DNA from: Phaeosaccion multiseriatum
Lineage: Eukaryota > Protista > Ochrophyta, other classes
Assembly: GCA_965112735.1 (NCBI GenBank)
Contig: OZ218962.1
Location: forward strand, 496,001 to 560,000
Length of the DNA: 64,000 nucleotides
Direction: 5' to 3'
In this document: positions 60,962 through 64,000 of the stretch, piece after piece
Numbering within the stretch: position 1 is the stretch's first letter
How the letters are laid out: each line of letters begins with the position of its first letter
The notes under the pieces: generated by a model
The model's database searches: none
Seen by the model: only the letters and a program-made list of their open reading frames with translations
What the model was told of the DNA's origin: nothing
Translations under genes and position numbers: made by a program

Positions 60962-63176
60962 CCTCCACCCACACACGTACACACAAACACACTCACTCCC
61001 TCACACACACACACGCACGCGTATAGGCACGTACCCACTGGCCTGGCGGTACATGTCAGCAGTGAACTTGTCCGATGGCAGGGGGTGCACCCCGGGAGCG
61101 TACCAGTGGCCAAACGCGGTGCCCTCCTCCACCTGCAGTGGAGGTCGTACAGTTTCAGTTTCAGCTTCCGTTTTTGTTTCAAGGCTCGAAGCCAGGGCCC
61201 GTTTGGATCCTCCTGACTCTTCAGACGCTGCTCCTTTGGAGTAGGCACAGAAGCTGCGATATCGACTCAAGTTATTGTGTTCGATATTTGATGAGGTCAC
61301 ATACACTGAAAACTGAAAACTGAAGGTTCAAATCATACACCTTAACCAACCGATGAGATGTCGAGCCGACGAGCAATATCGATGTATAAGAGCGCTTTCT
61401 ATATCGAATATCGAATCTCGTTTCCTTGTGTATCCCCACCAACCTGGAGGTCGTACACAGACACATGTCCCGCCCCTGCGTCTACTGCCTCTGTGAGCGA
61501 GTGGTCCCACTGCTTCATCGTCTGCTCGGGCAGTCCGCTGGGGAGAGGGGAGAATGGCGGGGGGGGGAGGGGTGAGGGGAAGGAGGGGGACAAAGCGGAG
61601 GAGGAGGAGGTCGATACCTGATGAGATCAATACTGAAGTTATCAAAGCCCGTCTTGTGCATAAGCTCCACAGCCTTGTACACGTCGCTCAGGGAGTGCGC
61701 TCTGCCCGCCGCAGTCAGCAGCGCAGCGTCGAAGCTCTGCACACCCATGCTCACCTAAGGTAGTCAGCGATGGCGGTGGATGGGAGGGGAGGTACCGAAG
61801 AAGCATAGTAGAGTCACAAAAAGAAGGGAAGGAGAATAGTGAGCCTTTCCTCTCTCCTCCCTCACTTCCCTCCCTCGCTCGCTCCCTCCCTTCCTCTGTC
61901 CCTCATTCCCGTCCTTCTCTACCTCCCTCCCTCCCTCGCTCGCTCGTTCCCTCCCTCCCTCTCCACCCACTGCCATCCCCCAGCCACTCACCCTTGTGAG
62001 GCCCAGGTCAAGGAAGCGTAGTAGCTTGTCCTCGTCGAATGTGCCCGGATCCATCTCCATACACACCTCCGCCCCCTCCGCTACCACACCCCCCAGGTCT
62101 GTCTTCAAGGCATGCATCACCTTGGCTAGGAGGGCCGGAGGGATGAGGGAAGGGGTGCCGCCCCCGAAGAAGATCTGCGTTTGTGTGTCATTTATTCGTT
62201 CGTTCCGCGGGAGACGATGGCAGCCGACGGGCGAGCGCAGGAGGAGTCAGTGTGTAGGGGGCGAGGGAGGGTGTAAGGGTAAGCGTAAGGTGTCATGTCA
62301 GGGCCACGAATGGATTGGGGAGAAGGGGAGGGAAAGCGGCACTCCTCCTCTTCACTTGTTAGTCTTGTATGCTAGCCCCACCGAGGAGGAGCAGCCCCCT
62401 CATGATTATAAACAGAAAAAAAGGTCGGGAGAGAGGGGTAAGCAGACATAATCCTCAGCCCCCCTCCCCATCTCCGAGCCGTCCGATCTCACCCCCCACC
62501 ACCCCCCCACCTACCGTCTGGAGTTGGTTGGAGGCAGGCAAGACGTGAGGGTACACTGTGTCTCTTGTGGCTCGGATTTCCCTTAGCACATCGGCGATAT
62601 AAGGCTGTGCATTGGCCTCCGCCATCTTGGGACTGTCGCCTATGACCTTGGGGTTGGAGAGAGAGGGGAGAGAGAGGGAGGGGGGGGGGGAGGGGGGATG
62701 TGATAGACATGGAGAGGGGATAAAACAGAGAGGGTGAGGGGGCTCCGAGTTAAAGGGTTTAGTGTCGAGGGGAACAGGATGCCATGGCAGAGGGACCAAC
62801 ATCCACCACCAACCTTGATGGGAAAGTCGCAGTAGAAGCACCGGCGACGGCAGAAGGGCATGTGAAGATACACGCTCCTCGCTATAGACGACGGAGGCGA
62901 GCTCCCCCCCGCCCTGCCCGACTCCTCGCCGCCGGAAGTTGGGGAAAGGATAAGGGAAGAGCCAGTCGCAGGAGAGGAGGCACCGCTGCTGCTGCTGCTG
63001 CTGCTGCTGCTGCGCCCCGGCCTCAGAATGGGAGAGTCGGATTTGCTCTCCCTGCTGCCCCCTGTCACACTCGGAGGGAGAAGGATCTGTAGTGCCGATG
63101 CGAGTCCTCCCCCTCTTCCTCCCCCTCCAAAGCGGAGGCTGAGGGACAGGCAGAAGAGATACAGCCGCCATTGCAT
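59544..63176 (-). CDS. hemW: Radical SAM heme chaperone HemW / RSAD1-like protein, multi-exon, organelle-targeted
   Basis: SVYLHMPFCRRRCFYCDF (CxxxCxxC), IFFGGGTPS, EMDPGT, SMGVQSFD, SIDLI|SGLPEQT, HVSVYDLQ|VEEGT, YEISNY, the HemW-type HNRVYW motif, and C-terminal MLGLRLSDG...LRLTDPEGFLVSN. Confidence 0.88.
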
Positions 63177-63362
63177 TTGGTTTTTTCCTTTATTGTCTCT
63201 CCCTCTCCTTCTTGGATTCTACCTCGCCATTTGATCGCCATTTGTTCCTCGTTATTTTTTTTTACTTCTGCCTGGCCTTGTCGCTGTCGTTCTTCTGATT
63301 AGCTAAACTCCACCTCCCCAGGCTCTCAGGGCCACATTGTCTCGCCGCCTCTGCGTGCCACA

Positions 63363-64000
63363 ATGTCTCGCCCCGCTGTGGAGCTTTCACCTTTGCCGAG
63401 CGCTACGTCCGGTTGGGGGGGCATTCCCGCCGGTAGCTTTCGCAGCAGCAAAGGCAGAGAGGAGGAGAAGCAGGGGGGGGCAGGGCCAGCAGGAGCTGAG
63501 AATTGGGACCGTGGGAGCGAGGGCGTCAGAGGTAGCAGCAAAAGCGGATATCCGGGGGAAGACTGTCGTGGGAGGCGCTTCGAGGACTTGGAGACCGATG
63601 ACGACTCGTTGATGGAGGCCGAGAAGCGGACGGATCGGGACTCGCGACCACCCCCCGTCCTAAGCCCCAACGCTTCAGGAGGGCCAGACACGGGGATACA
63701 GCGGTATCAGCAGAGTAACGAGAATGGGCAGCCGCGGCCGGCTCCTATGGACTGCAGCAGCAGCAACAGCGACGACCTTCAAATGTCCTCAGGCAGGCTG
63801 CTGCCCTGCGCCTCCACCATCTTGAATGGAGACTCCGCCCATCCTCAGCGCTCTCCTACTGCACGGGCAACCCGCACCTCGGCCGCTAAGCGGCAGCGAG
63901 CCAGCCCCTACAACGAGGGCCGCTCCCTCGCCGGGTACACCAAGGACAGACCGAGGGATGCCCGCACGCCAGCGCCACTCCGAAAGGCTCAAAGAGAATC
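63363..64000 (+). CDS. 5' part of an unknown gene (disordered N-terminus), divergent from hemW
   Basis: ATG at 63363 opens a frame (MSRPAVELSPLPS...) with no stop before the window end. It is absent from the ORF track because it is incomplete. Confidence 0.55.
   Translation, partial: MSRPAVELSPLPSATSGWGGIPAGSFRSSKGREEEKQGGAGPAGAENWDRGSEGVRGSSKSGYPGEDCRGRRFEDLETDDDSLMEAEKRTDRDSRPPPVLSPNASGGPDTGIQRYQQSNENGQPRPAPMDCSSSNSDDLQMSSGRLLPCASTILNGDSAHPQRSPTARATRTSAAKRQRASPYNEGRSLAGYTKDRPRDARTPAPLRKAQRE

Noticed and set aside
59544-63176. Annotation as the true coproporphyrinogen dehydrogenase HemN
   Set aside because: The HNxxYW motif and overall pattern fit HemW/RSAD1 better.

Overview
Eukaryotic, intron-rich, GC-rich genomic DNA. 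It is probably from an ochrophyte/stramenopile alga; this is inferred from signal-plus-transit-like leaders and WRKY19-like C-x4-C-x9-C-x2-H fingers and is not proven. In order, the window holds: the 3' end of an unknown gene; a Coq11/NDUFA9-like atypical SDR; a ~15-kb tandem array of five two-exon ankyrin-repeat genes (four intact, one pseudogene); a probably plastid-targeted O-methyltransferase; a TANGO2/NRDE homolog with a membrane-hairpin-like insertion; a ~33-exon, roughly 3,000-aa Sfi1-like/IQ/ANK/WW/TPR gene whose introns carry very long microsatellites; two convergent paralogous zinc-finger genes; hemW/RSAD1; and the start of another unknown gene. The strongest candidate for a new system is the ankyrin array. 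Its copies differ in repeat number (25/9/10/9), are mosaics of one another, vary mainly at the target-binding (DARPin-type) positions, and share a conserved unknown C-terminal domain, which is consistent with a diversifying intracellular receptor repertoire. Two unexplained DNA motifs also stand out: a dispersed CAGTTGGTSRTACA element found even inside exons in different frames, and a GGATGGCAGTGGATGG element oriented relative to splice sites. All gene models were built by eye from GT-AG sites and frame continuity. Most entries in the ORF track are microsatellite artefacts.
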